A stretch of DNA of 64,000 nt from Eledone cirrhosa (lineage: Eukaryota). The position numbers and the translations under genes are program-made. The notes under the pieces were generated by a model. The model worked only from the letters and a program-made list of their open reading frames with translations. It was not told where the DNA came from and did no database searches. Positions 12,085 through 25,887 of the stretch are shown one piece after another. Each line of letters begins with the position of its first letter. Within the stretch, counting starts at the first letter, position 1. The stretch spans positions 109,306,001-109,370,000 of the forward strand of contig OZ024740.1 of assembly GCA_964016885.1 (NCBI GenBank), in the 5' to 3' direction.

Positions 12085-15024
12085 TCATCATCATCACTGT
12101 TTTACGTCCGTTCTTCCACACTAGCATGGGTTAGACAGGTTGTCCTGTTGTGGGTAGTGTCTGGTCGGCTGACCATGCCTTGCTCATACAGGAACTGATT
12201 TGGCTTGATTTCTACAGCTGGATGCCCTTCCTAACACCAACCTCATTTACAGTGAGTGCTGGGTGCTTTTTCGTGGCGCCTACACGTCCACTTTACAGTG
12301 TGGGCTGGGTGCTTTTTTGCCGTGGCACCTCCACGACCACCTTGCAGTGGGAGGGTGTGGGGGCATATTGTCTATGTTTCAGCTTGTACTCATGGGAGGT
12401 CTGGTACTCTGTATTACTGCGTGACGCCAGAGGTCACGGTCGTGTGTCATCGCCTTTGAGCGATGCAATTGGGTAAGGTCAGCTTTTATCACTTCATCCC
12501 AGGTCATCTTGGGTCTCCCCACTCTGCTGTTTCCATTGACTTCTAGTGCTCTGCACCTTTTTATGCAGCTGTCATACTTCATACGCATCACATGTCCATA
12601 CCAATGCAACCACCTCTCCTGCACACAGCATTTGATACCTCTTATGCTCAGTCTCTTTCTCAATTCATTTATGCTTTGTCGTTCGCGTATATTACTATTA
12701 CACATCCATCGGAGCATGCAGGCCTCGTTTCTCTCTAATCTACGTAAGTCTTCCACCTTCAGCGCCCAGGTCTCACTACCATGTAACATTGCTGTTCGGA
12801 TACACGCATCATACAGTCTGCCTTTCATTTTGAGGGAGAAGCCTTTTGCAGCTAGCAGTGGTAGTAGTTCCCTGAACTTCTTCCATCCCGTTCTTACCCT
12901 AGTTATTGTACTTTCTGAACACCCACCTCGCTGCTAATTCGGTCACCTAGGTAGCAGAAGCTGTCTACTGTCTCTACAGAGCCCTCCCAGAGATTGGTGG
13001 TACTTGTTTCCTGTGGCTGTTTGCTGCTTGCTGTCCCAGTATAGCTGCTGCATGTGAAGCCTACATTCTTAATTAAGCTTCCCGAGATCACGCTACATCT
13101 CTTGTGTACCCATTGTTTGCATTTGGGGCAGAGAATGGAGTTCCTACCTACACCTTTCCTACATACTGAGCAAGGCCATTTCCCTGAGGGGATCTGGGTT
13201 CTGTTTTCTCGTCTACTTACAAGGACCTTAGTCTTTGTCTTGTTGACTTTGAGACCTTTTCTTTCTAGTCCCTGGTTCCAAGTTTGGAATTTCTTCTCTA
13301 GTTCTACCATAGTTTCAGCTATAAGTGCGAGGTCATCAGCATACAGGAGTTCCCATGGGCATCCGGTCTTAAACTCCTCCGTTATTGCCTGCAGGACTAT
13401 GATGAACAGGAGAGGGCTAAGAACAGAGCCCTGGTGGACCCCAACTTGTACTCTAAATTCCTTGCTATACTCATTGCTAATCCTAACTTTGCTGACTGCT
13501 CCCCTATACATGGCTTGTACAGCTTTCACAAGCCATTCATCTACTCCTAGTTTTCTAAGAGCCCACTAGATTACAGCATGTGGAACTCTGTCAAAGACTT
13601 TCTCGAATGCCAGGTAGAGTGGCTTACTTTTAGCTAGGTACTTTTCCTGTAACTGCCTCACAAGGAAGAGGGCATCAGTGGTGCCTCTTCCTGGTACAAA
13701 CCCAAATTGCATCTCATCTAGTTTCATCCGGTCCCTAATCAACTGTGCTATAACTCTTTCTGTTACTTTCATGACCTGGTCCATCAGCTTTATACCTCTA
13801 TAGTTTCCTCTATCGAGTGCATCACCTTTACCTTTGTAGCAGTTGACAATGATGCTACTGCACCAATCTTTTGGTATGACACCTCGTATTACCTGGTTAA
13901 CAATACGTGTGGTTATAGTGTGATCTACAGACCCAGATGCCTTCAGCATCTCGGCAGCTATACCCGATGGACCGGTTGCCTTCCCCATCTTCATATCTTT
14001 GATTGCCTTACTTACTACGCTGCTGCTGACTTGTACTGCTGGCCCCCCTATAGGGTCTATTTGGGGTAGGGTCTCTTCTTCCCATGCATTCTCCTCATTT
14101 AGTAATCTATCATAATGACTCTTCCATGCATCTTTCTTCTCAGCACTTGTGAGGGCAAGCTCACCTTTATCATTCTGGATACACTTCTCTCCAATGACAT
14201 CACAATTCTCTCTGACACACTGCCTCGCAATCTTGAACACCTCCTGTTTCTGGTCCTCACGTTGCAAAACATGCTTGAATTTTCTATCCTCTGCTTCCCT
14301 CCTAGCTAAGTATACTTGTCGCCTAGCTTCCCTCTTGATCTCTATGTAATGTACCCTGCTCCCCCCGTTCTTCCATTCTTTCCATGCCTGTCTTTTGGCC
14401 TTAACTGCCTCATCTACCTTAATGTTCCACCACCAAGTCACTCTCCTCCTGCTTGTGGTCTTACTCCAGCCACAGACCTCATCTGTCGCCTCTAGTAAGT
14501 TATTTTTGAGGAACTCCCAGTGCTCTTCTACATTGAATGTCTCTATCTGTTCTTCTTTACTGTCGTAGGCGTTGAGTAAAATATCTTTAAATTTGTTACT
14601 GGCTGAAGGGTCTTTCAGCTTCCAGATCTTTCTTCTCCAGGTTGGCCTCTGTTTCCAGGTTCGTCTAGTTCTGACTGTGAGGTCGCTGACAACTAAGCTA
14701 TGTTGGGAGGTACATTCCTCACTAGGGAAGGCTTTTGTGTTTACGACCATCCATCTGTCATGTCCTCTGATGAGGATAAAATCTATCTGACTAGAATGCT
14801 GCCCTGATCTATAGGTGATCAGGTGGTTGTCGGGTTTTTTTAACTTTGGGTAACGTATCGACATGTCATTGGCGTTGCAGAATTCTAGAAGTCTGAATCC
14901 TTCTTCATTTCTTCTGCCAACCCCATGGACTCTATTGAAGCCATCACAGTGTTTACCTACGTGTCCATTAAAATCTCCTGCGATGATTAGGAAGTCATTG
15001 TCATTTGTTAGAGCAGTAGTGTGC
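12085..15024 (-). mobile_element. RTE-clade LINE, subfamily 1, 5'-truncated in the APE endonuclease; RT with inserted PHD-like finger
   Basis: AGDFNGHVG and SQIDFIL (APE); NYRGIKL, MQFGFVPG, GVHQGSVLSPLLF, LLYADD, FCYLG (RT); one in-frame stop (13566) and one frameshift (~12925); ORF ends 12379; 3' UTR ends in (GAT)n. Confidence 0.95.
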
Positions 15025-15101
15025 TTATATATATATATATATATTATTTTTTTGAAATGATGAAAAAAAATGATGAAATATCTGTATATATATATATAAT
15101 G

Positions 15102-15157
<56 letters not shown>

Positions 15158-15174
15158 GTATGTGTATATATAAT

Positions 15175-15205
<31 letters not shown>

Positions 15206-15244
15206 ATGTATGTGTATATATATATATACACATACATTATATAT

Positions 15245-15275
<31 letters not shown>

Positions 15276-15349
15276 ATGTATATATTTTTTTTTTGAAATG
15301 ATGAAAAAAAATGAAATATCTGTATATATATATATATATATATATGATG

Positions 15350-15420
<71 letters not shown>

Positions 15421-15855
15421 ATGTATGTGTATATATATATATATATATATATAATGTATGTGTATATATATATATATAATGTATGTGTATATATATATAT
15501 ATATATAATGTATGTGTATATATATATATATATATAATGTATGTGTATATATATATATATAATGTATGTGTATATATATATATATAATGTATGTGTATAT
15601 ATATATATATAATGTATGTGTATATATATATATATAATGTATGTGTATATATATATATATAATGTATGTGTATATATATATATATAATGTATGTGTATAT
15701 ATATATATATATAATGTATGTGTATATATATATATAATGTATGTGTATATATATATATAATGTATGTGTATATATATATATAATGTATGTGTATATATAT
15801 ATATAATGTATGTGTATATATATATATATAATGTATGTGTATATATATATATAAT

Positions 15856-15890
<35 letters not shown>

Positions 15891-15919
15891 GTATGTGTGT
15901 ATATATATATATATATAAT

Positions 15920-15954
<35 letters not shown>

Positions 15955-16779
15955 ATGTATGTGTGTATATATATATATATATCTATATAATGTATGTGTA
16001 TATATATATATATATATAATGTATGTGTATATATATATATATATAATGTATGTGTATATATATATATATAATGTATGTGTATATATATATATATAATGTA
16101 TGTGTATATATATATATATAATGTATGTGTATATATATATATGTAATGTATGTGTATATATATATATATAATGTATGTGTGTATATATATATATAATGTA
16201 TGTGTATATATATATATAATGTATGTGTATATATATATATAATGTATGTGTATATATATATATAATGTATCTGTATATATATATATATATATAATGTATG
16301 TGTATATATATATAATGTATGTGTATATATATATAATGTATGTGTATATATATATATATAATGTATGTGTATATATATATATATAATGTATGTGTATATA
16401 TATATATAATGTATGTGTATATATATATATATATAATGTATGTGTATATATAATGTATGTGTATATATATATATATAATGTATGTGTATATATATATATA
16501 ATGTATGTGTATATATATATATATAATGTATGTGTATATATATATATATAATGTATGTGTATATATATATATATAATGTATGTGTATATATATATATATA
16601 TATAATGTATGTGTATATATATATATATATATAATGTATGTGTATATATATATATATATATATAATGTATGTGTTTATATATATATATAATGTATGTGTA
16701 TATATATATATATATATATAATGTATGTGTATATATATATATATATATAATGTGTGTGTATATATATATATATATAATG

Positions 16780-16825
<46 letters not shown>

Positions 16826-16912
16826 GTATGTATATATATATATATATAATGTATGTATATATATATAATGTATGTGTATATATATATATATATATAAATA
16901 TATATATGTATG

Positions 16913-16956
<44 letters not shown>

Positions 16957-17108
16957 GTATGTGTATATATATATATATATAATGTATGTGTATATATATA
17001 TATAATGTATGTGTATATATATATATAATGTATGTGTATATATATATTATATATATATAATGTATGTGTATATATATATATAATGTATGTGTATATATAT
17101 ATATAATG

Positions 17109-17146
<38 letters not shown>

Positions 17147-17147
17147 G

Positions 17148-17179
<32 letters not shown>

Positions 17180-17410
17180 ATGTATGTGTATAATGTATAT
17201 ATATATAATGTATGTGTATAATGTATATATATATAATGTATGTGTATAATGTATATATATATAATGTATGTATATAATGAATATATATAATGTATGTGTA
17301 TATATATATATGTATATAATGTATGTATATATATGAATATATATAATGTATGTGTATATATATATATGTATATAATGTATGTGTATATATATATATATAT
17401 AATGTATGTG

Positions 17411-17459
<49 letters not shown>

Positions 17460-18016
17460 AATGTATGTGTGTATATCTATATATAATGTATGTGTGTATA
17501 TCTATATATAATGTATGTGTGTATCTTTATAATGTATGTATATATATATATATATATATATAATGTATGTGTATATATCATCATCATCATCATCAACGTT
17601 TAAAGTCCGTGTTCCACGCTTGCATGGGTTTGGACGGGGGTATTCCCACTTGAGGCAAGAGTGATTGTCTTGCTCGCATAGGACTGTCTGGCAGGTTTTC
17701 TACAGTTGGATGCCCTTCCTAACACCAACTACATTTACAGTGTGGGACTGGGAGGTTTTTACCGTGTTGCCTACACGGCCACATTACAGCGTGGACTGTG
17801 TTTTTTTTGTCATGACACCTACACGATCTCATTTGTTTCGGCCTGGATGTTGTGGCACCAACATAACTTTACATAGGAGGGGGTGGTGTGGATGGGGTGT
17901 GGGTGGTGGGACGGGGGTGTATATATATATATATATATAATGTATGTGTATATATATATAATGTATGTGTATATATATATAATGTATGTGTATATATATG
18001 TGTATATATATATAAT

Positions 18017-18061
<45 letters not shown>

Positions 18062-18082
18062 GTATGTGTGTATATATATATA

Positions 18083-18126
<44 letters not shown>

Positions 18127-18206
18127 GTATGTGTATATATAATGTATGTGTATATATATATATATATATATATGTGTATATATATATATATGTGTATATA
18201 TATATA
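15025..18206. repeat. Compound microsatellite, unit AATGTATGTG(TA)n
   Basis: Direct inspection; constant ATGTATGTG core with variable TA run; a GAAATGATGAAAAAAAATG...ATATCTG segment is duplicated at ~15053 and ~15295. Confidence 0.97.
17578..17920 (-). mobile_element. RTE subfamily-2 3' UTR fragment
   Basis: Reverse complement matches 23140-23461; (CAT)n tail on the + strand. Confidence 0.9.
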
Positions 18207-20226
18207 TTGTTATACTTTGGGAGGGTCATGTTGCCAATAAGAAACACACGCACCAGTTGCTTTCACTTCAATTTATTATATATTTATAAATTTATAAATC
18301 TATAAATTTCTGGTTGGTTGGTTGGTTACACAACCAGATAGTTGTTTATATATAGTCATAGTTCTTTCGTCACACACTCTGTGACCTCTTCAGTGACTGG
18401 GGATTCCTTTCTTTGTTTCTGTGCCTCTCCTTCGTTCTGTCCTACGCCATTTTGTTTCTGTGTGTGTGTTGTGTGCTCCGTCTGCGCATGCGCCACATCC
18501 GGGTGTCTGTGTGTGTTTATGTTCATTTATTTATTTGTTTATTTACATGTTACTGGTTGGTTGTTTGTTCTATGTGTGTGTGTGTTTTCATTTTGTCCTT
18601 AATTGTAAGTTGTGATGTTGCTGTTCCACTCATATTTTCTATTTAATTTTGGTTGTAATTCTTTTATGTTTATTGCCTCTGTAATTTGTCTAAACATTGC
18701 GTCTTTTCCGTGTGTAGATTCTATTTTTATTTCTATGTTCTCTAATTTACCCTTGTGTTCTATTTTAGCATGTTGGTAGAGTACAGATGATTCTTTACTA
18801 TCTTGAAGGTCTCGCCAGTGTTCATTTATCCGTTACCCTACACTACGAGCTGTCTCACCTATGTACATTATATTTTTGTCTCTACATTGTCCTTCAGTAC
18901 ATCTTATGCTATACACTACATTTCTAGTTTTACAGTTAATATGGGGGCTTATTTTACAGGTTATACATTTCTTATCTATACATGAGGGTCTTTGAAAAGG
19001 GTATGTCTTGCTAATAAGTGTTTTTACGGAGGTACCTGGTCTTTCTACTATCTTAATATTGAGTTTATATTTATTTAGGGCCCTTCTAAATTTGTAAGCT
19101 AATTCACCTCTAGGGGTTGTATTGATGAACATTACACTCTGGTATTTATTGCTATCATACCATGAGTTTATTCTATTAGCCTTGTTCCTAGTTCTTTTTA
19201 TTCTATTCCAAAATTTTCTCCTATACAAGGGGCAGGTCCCATTTATGTCATTATTTACCATTTTTTCCCATTTGGTTCTGGCTCCTCTATACACTCTGAT
19301 TTTATCTCTCTGATTGTAGCCAGAGAACTGCATACGGTGGATGAAGTGTTGTATGTGTCTCTCTAGTTCTTCGGGGTTGCACATGCGGGACACATTTCTC
19401 ATCACCCGTACCAAATCCGCAATCAGTATGTTGATTTTGGTATGGTCCGAAATGGCCGAGTTTCGGTGGATCAGATGTTTGGAAGTCATGGGTTTGGCAT
19501 AATGGGAATGGAGGATTTGTTTTTGGTTGTTAATGGTATCTAACCAGAGCTCTGTGTCTAGTACAGGTAATCGATGGTTGGGGTGTTTGCTTGGGTAGTC
19601 TATAGTAACTCTAATGCTCTGGTGGATGGAGTTTGCTATTTGCTGGATGCTTTCCATTGTGTTTTTCTCTAGTTCCTGACTGTTCTCTAGTGGGGGTGGT
19701 TTAACTATGATGTTTATATCATCAATGTAGCGTGAGTACATTATCAGGGTGAAGGGGTCTTCTAATTATTCTTTAAGTTTAAGTCTACTGTCCCACCATA
19801 CCATGAATAAGTTAGCTATGTCGCCTGCAATGCTAACACCAATGGCTGCTCCTTCCTCTTGGGCATATGTTTTTCCATTAAATTTGAACATATGTTCCTT
19901 AAGGGTTAGTTTTATGCTGGCCCCTACCGCATGTGCAATCATTTTCTTCAGTTCATCGTGGTTTTCGGGTGTCCGTATGGCTCTGGTCCACCCGTTCCAT
20001 CTGTGTGGGTTTTCTTGGCCATTGAGGTAATGGTAGGTGGTCTGCCTCTTGCTGGTCTTGTAGGGCACAGGTTGCTAAGGTCATATGTGTCTAGGTAACT
20101 ATTACTGTAGGTAAGCTTAAGTAGGAGTCCCAGCTCACTGGTATCAATCCCACGGAACTCAACCTTGCTCTCACTGATCATTTCTACGCATTTCTCCACA
20201 GCAAAATCCACATCAATAGATGGATA
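18207..20226 (-). mobile_element. Penelope-like retroelement (RT + C-terminal GIY-YIG), 5'-truncated
   Basis: YPSID; HMFKFNGKTYAQEEGAAIG; YSRYIDD; LPVLD; CIDKKCITC; NVVYSIRC..YIGETARSVG*RINEH..QH..H..RQITEAINI..PKLNRKYEW; true stop 18599-18601; in-frame TAAs at 19766 and 18833; frameshift ~20020; HHR in the 3' region. Confidence 0.92.
18354..18398 (-). ncRNA. Minimal type I hammerhead ribozyme in the PLE 3' region
   Basis: Minus strand AGTCA CTGAAGA G GTCACA gagtg TGTGAC GAAA GAAC TA TGACT; 5-bp stem I, 6-bp stem II with one extra G, CUA triplet. Confidence 0.7.
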
Positions 20227-23200
20227 CTGGGTGGGAAATGACGATGGGCTGGGTGGAGTAGGAATCATGGTAGCAGAAAAGTGGGCAGATAAGATAATAG
20301 ACGTAAATAGAGTGAACGACAGAATAATTAAAATAAGACTTGTTCTCAATAGAACTACGGTGATAGTAATATGTGTACGCACCCCAATCCGGACTGCCCG
20401 GCACTATAAAAGACAGATTCTATGAGACACTGATGCTCACTACCTCCCAAATAACCGACAGTGACTATATAATTATTGCAGGCGACCTAAATGGTCACGT
20501 TGGACAACATTGTGACGGCTACGACGAAATCCATGGAGGCTATGGGTTTGGTACTAGAAATGAGGAAGGCTCCAGAATCCTGGAATTCTGTGACGCAAAT
20601 AACCTAACTATCTGTAACACTAACTTCAAAAAACGTGACAATCACCTAATCACCTATAGATCCGGGGAACACACAAGCCAGGTAGATTATTTCCTTACCA
20701 GAAGACGTGACAGTGTCTGTTGTAAACACTAAATCGCTCCCCCATGAAGAATGCACCTCCCAACATAGACTGATAATTAGCGACCTCATAGTCAGGACGA
20801 GACGTACTCGACAGCAGAAGAGGACTATCCTCAGGAGAAAAATATGGAAGCTAAAGGACCCCACAGCCAGAAATAAATTTAAAAGCATATTACTTGATGC
20901 TTTCGACAGTAAGGAAGAGCATTTAGAGTCGTACAATATAGAGGAACAGTGGGAATTCCTGAAAGCAAACCTGCTGATGGCGGCAGACGAAGTCTGTGGC
21001 CGGAGCAGGCCTATAGGCAGGAGGAGAGTAACATGGTGGTGGAACAGTAAGGTGGAGGAGTCGATTAAGGCCAAAAAGCAGGCTTGGAAAGTATGGCGGG
21101 ATGGGGGAAGTAGAGAAGACTATCAATTGGCCAGGAGGGAAGCTAGGAGACAAGTGTACTTCGCAAGAAGGGAAGCAGAGGAAAGAAAGTTCAAGCATGT
21201 TCTACAACGCGAGGACCAAAAACGTGAGGTGTTCAGGATTGCTAGGCAATGTGTCAAGGAAAACCGTGATATTGTCGGGGAGAAGTGTGTACTTAACGAT
21301 GATGGCGTACTTGCCATCACTGACGCTGATAAGAAGGTAGCTTGGAAGTGTGACTACGAAAGGCTACTAAATGAGAATAAATGGGAGAAGGATAGTCTCC
21401 CCCAGATCGATCCAATAGAGGGACCAGCAGTGTTAGTTGAAGGTAGTATAATAAGTAAGGCAATCAAAGATATGAAGACGGGTAAGGCGGCTGGGCCTTC
21501 GGAAATAGTTGCTGAGATGCTGAAGGCCTCTGGAACGGTGGGACACACCATGGTCACACGGATAGTAAACCAAGTCATACAGATTGGGGTTATTCCGAAG
21601 GACTGGCATAGCAGCATCATTGTTAACTGTTATAAGGGTAAAGGAGACGCCCTAGATAGTAGTAACTATAGAGGCATTAAATTAATCGACCAGGTCATGG
21701 TCACGGAAAAAGTAATAGCGCAACTAATCAGATAGAGAATTGACCAAGATGAAATGCAGTTCGGGTTTGTGTTAGGCAAAAGTACCACAGACGCTCTTTT
21801 CATTGTACGACAACTACAGGAGAAGTACCTAGCTAAAAGTAAACCCCTATACTTAGCTTTTGTCGACTTGGAGAAAGCCTTCGACAGAGTCCCCCGTTCC
21901 ATTATCTGGTGGGCCCTTAGAAAACTAGGTGTCGACGAATGGCTTGTGAGAGCTATACAAGCCATGTATAAAGAAACAGTCAGCAAGGTTAGAATTAACA
22001 ACGAATATAGTGAAGAGTTTAGCGTAAAAGTTGGCGTCCATCAGGGCTCTGTTCTCAGCCCCCTACTATTTATTATTGCCCTTCAGGCTATAACAGAGGA
22101 GTTCAAGACCGGCTGCCCATGGGAACTCCTATACGCAGACGACCTAACACTCATAGCTGAATCAATGGCCGAGCTAGAGAAGAAATTCCTAACATGGAAG
22201 CGCGGCCTAAAATCAAAAGGCCTTAAAATTAATCTGGCTAAGACCAAAGTTCTAGTTTGTAGGAAAGAAAATAAGGCGGCGGTCCCTTCCGGGAAGTGGC
22301 CATGCTCAGTGTGTAGGAAAGGCGTAGGTAGAAACTCCATTTTGTGTCAGAAATGCAAAGTATGGGTACATAAAAGATGTAGTGGGATCACAGGTAAGCT
22401 AACTAAGAACATAGATTTCACATGTGGCCGGTGCTCTGGTGCAATAAGTAGCAGCAAGTGCCCACAAAATACTAGCTCTTTCAATTGCGCAGAGGGTTCT
22501 ATAGAAATAGTGGACAGCTTCCGTTACCTGGGTGACAAAATCAGCAGTGGGGGGAGGGTGCTCTGAAAGTACAGTAGCTAGAGACAGAACTGGATGGAAA
22601 AAGTTCAGAGAGCTTATACCACTATTAGCCGCTAAAGGGTTCTCCCTAAAAATGAAAGGCAGGTTGTATGATGCCTGCAAACGAACAGCAATGTTGCATG
22701 GCAGTGAGACCTGGGCATTGTGTGCAGAGGATATACGCAGACTAGAGAGGAACGAAGCTTGCATGCTCCGCTGGATGTGTAATAGTAATATACGTGAACG
22801 GCAAAGCATAAACGAACTAAGGAAAAAATTAGAAATAAGAGGGATCAGATGTTGTTTACTCGAGAGAAGGCTACGTTGGTATGGTCACGTGATGCGCATG
22901 AAAGACGACAGCTGTATAGCAAAGTGCAGGGCAATAAAGATAGATGGTAGCCACGGAGTAGGCAGACCCAGAAAAACCTGGGACGAGCTGATAAATTCCG
23001 ACCTCACACACTTGCACCTCTCCAAGACAATGATGTCACTGGACCGAGATTTTTGGCGGTACTCAGTAATAGAGAAGACCCGCCTTACCTAAATACAAAG
23101 TAAAACCTACTACAGTCAGCAGGCATCTCTAACAAAATACCCCCCCCCCCCATCCACACCGCCCCTTTCAATGTAAAGTTATGTTGGTGCCACAACATCC

Positions 23201-23461
23201 AGGCCGAAACATATGCGATCGTGTAGGTGTCATGACAAAAAAAACACAGTCCACGCTGTAATGTGGCCGTGTAGGTAACACGGTAAAAACCTCCCAGTCC
23301 CACACTGTAAATGTGGTTGGTGTTAGGAAGGGCATCCAGCTGTAGAAAACCTGCCAGACAGTCCTATGCGAGCAAGACAACCGCTCTTGTCTCAAGTGGG
23401 ACTACCCCCGTCCAAACCCATGCAAGCGTGGAATATGGACGTTAAACGATGATGATGATGA
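20227..23461 (+). mobile_element. RTE-clade LINE, subfamily 2, 5'-truncated in APE; RT with inserted PHD finger
   Basis: WVGN..GLGGVGI, DRII, YAPQSG, AGDLNGHVG, SQVDY (APE); MQFGF, FVDLEKAFDRVP, GVHQGSVLSP, YADD, FRYLG; [16 protein letters not shown]; frameshifts ~20372, ~20710, ~22555; in-frame stop 21733; ORF ends 23092; (GAT)n tail. Confidence 0.96.
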
Positions 23462-23483
23462 TATGTTTATATATATATATGTG

Positions 23484-23518
<35 letters not shown>

Positions 23519-23927
23519 GTGTATGTGTATATGTGTATATATATATGTGTATATATATGTGTATATATATATATATATATGTGTATATATATATATATAT
23601 GTGTGTATATATATATATATGTGTATATATATATATATGTGTATATATATATATATGTGTATATATATATATATGTGTATATATATATGTGTATATATAT
23701 ATGTGTATATATGTGTATATATATATATGTGTATATGTGTATATATTTATATATATGTGTATATATATATGTGTATATATATATGTGTATATATATATAT
23801 ATGTATGTGTATATATATATGTGTATATATATATGTGTATATATATATATATGTGTATATATATATGTGTGTATATATATATGTGTATATATATATATGT
23901 GTATATATATATGTGTATATATATATG

Positions 23928-24538
23928 TCAGGTCACCAGTTGGTGCTACTGGTAACATGTATCCCAGTACAACCTGTCCCATGGTCGGGTCGTTGGCGAC
24001 TAAACTGGCAACCCCACCAAGGTTTCTTGGTGAGGAGGGTGACTTTGGACATCCTGCAGGACTAAAAACAAAACCTGTCAAAGGGCAAAGGAGCTCTTAA
24101 GAGTCAATGGCCATCCAAAATCACCGGGAGAGATGACCCCTTAGCCTTTGTCAAGGCATAATTCTAGGAGAAGGAAAACTCTGATATAACACCTGCAACC
24201 CTGATGGTATCCAATGATGTTGACTTGTTCTTCTTTTTGGTAAATATCATCTTGGTTAAGAGAGTGGGACTGGCTTTGTGCAGTGCCTTTGCTCACTATA
24301 AAAGCTTCACGGCACAGGCATTGCTTTATATCTGGAGATCTCTCTGCACTTGTCGTCACATGGTACCATGGGCCCAGCACTATGTGTCAATAATTGTCAC
24401 AGGTGTGGAGTGTTTGTACCAGAGTTTTCAAGTCGCTGGCTGGACTAAAAAGTCACACTCGTTCAGCGCATCGGTAGGGGTTCTCCTACATGGATATAAA
24501 GTAGTGGCCGTACTCGAAAACGAGTTGGCAGCCACCAT
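23928..24538 (+). mobile_element. Short non-autonomous element: LINE-5'UTR-like part plus RTE-like 3' end with a C2H2-type remnant
   Basis: 5' part has several helices and CTAGGAGAAGGAAAACTCTGA; 3' part (24252-24538) recurs inverted at 49865-50147, encodes [13 protein letters not shown] and ends CTCGAAAACGAG..GCAGCCACC. Confidence 0.6.
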
Positions 24539-25209
24539 ATATATATATGTGTATATATATATATATGTATGTGTATATATAAATGTGTATATATATATGT
24601 GTATATATATATGTGTATATATATGTGTGTATATGTGTATATATATATGTGTGTATATGTGTATATATATATGTGTGTATATGTGTATATATATATGTGT
24701 GTATATGTGTATATATATGTGTGTATATGTGTATATATATATGTGTGTATATGTGTATATATATATGTGTATATGTGTATATATATATGTGTGTATATGT
24801 GTATATATATATGTGTGTATATGTGTATATATATATGTGTATATGTGTATATATATATGTTTATATGTGTATATATATATGTGTGTATATGTGTATATAT
24901 ATGTGTGTATATGTGTATATATATATATATGTGTATATATATATGTGTGTATATGTGTATATATATATGTGTATATGTGTATATATATGTGTGTATATGT
25001 GTATATATATATGTGTGTATATGTGTATATATATATGTGTATATATATATGTGTATATGTGTATATATATATATATGTGTATATGTGTATGTGTATATAT
25101 ATGTATATGTGTATATATATGTATATGTGTATATATATATATATGTGTATATATATGTATATGTGTATATATATATATGTGTGTATATATATATATATGT
25201 GTATATATA

Positions 25210-25242
<33 letters not shown>

Positions 25243-25489
25243 GTGTATATATGTGTATATAATGTGTATATATATATATAATGTATGTGTATATATATAT
25301 ATATATATAATGTATGTGTATATATATATATATATAATGTATGTTTATATATATATATATATATAATGTATGTATATATATATATTATAATGTATGTGTT
25401 TATATATATATATATATATAATGTATGTGTTTATATATATATATATATAATGTATGTGTTTATATATATATATATATAATGTATGTGTT

Positions 25490-25556
<67 letters not shown>

Positions 25557-25853
25557 ATATATATAAATATAATGTATGTGTATATAAATATATATATATA
25601 TGTATGTGTATATATATATATATATATGTATGTGTATATATATATATATGTATGTGTATATATATATATATGTATGTGTATATATATATATATGTATGTG
25701 TATATATATATATATATATGTATGTGTATATATATATATATGTATGTGTATATATATATATATATATATGTGTGTATATATATATATATATAATGTATGT
25801 GTATATATATATATATATATGTATGTGTATATATATATATGTATGTGTATATA

Positions 25854-25887
<34 letters not shown>

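Noticed and set aside
12509-15060. Plus-strand ORFs overlapping the RTE (and minus-strand ORFs at 20646-22809)
   Set aside because: Antisense shadows of the LINE ORF with no independent coding signal.
18833-19768. Selenocysteine or programmed read-through in the PLE ORF
   Set aside because: Both in-frame stops are TAA rather than TGA and a frameshift is also present; ordinary decay.
19948-20425. Novel ORFs spanning the PLE/RTE junction
   Set aside because: Each is half sense and half antisense sequence of the two fused elements.
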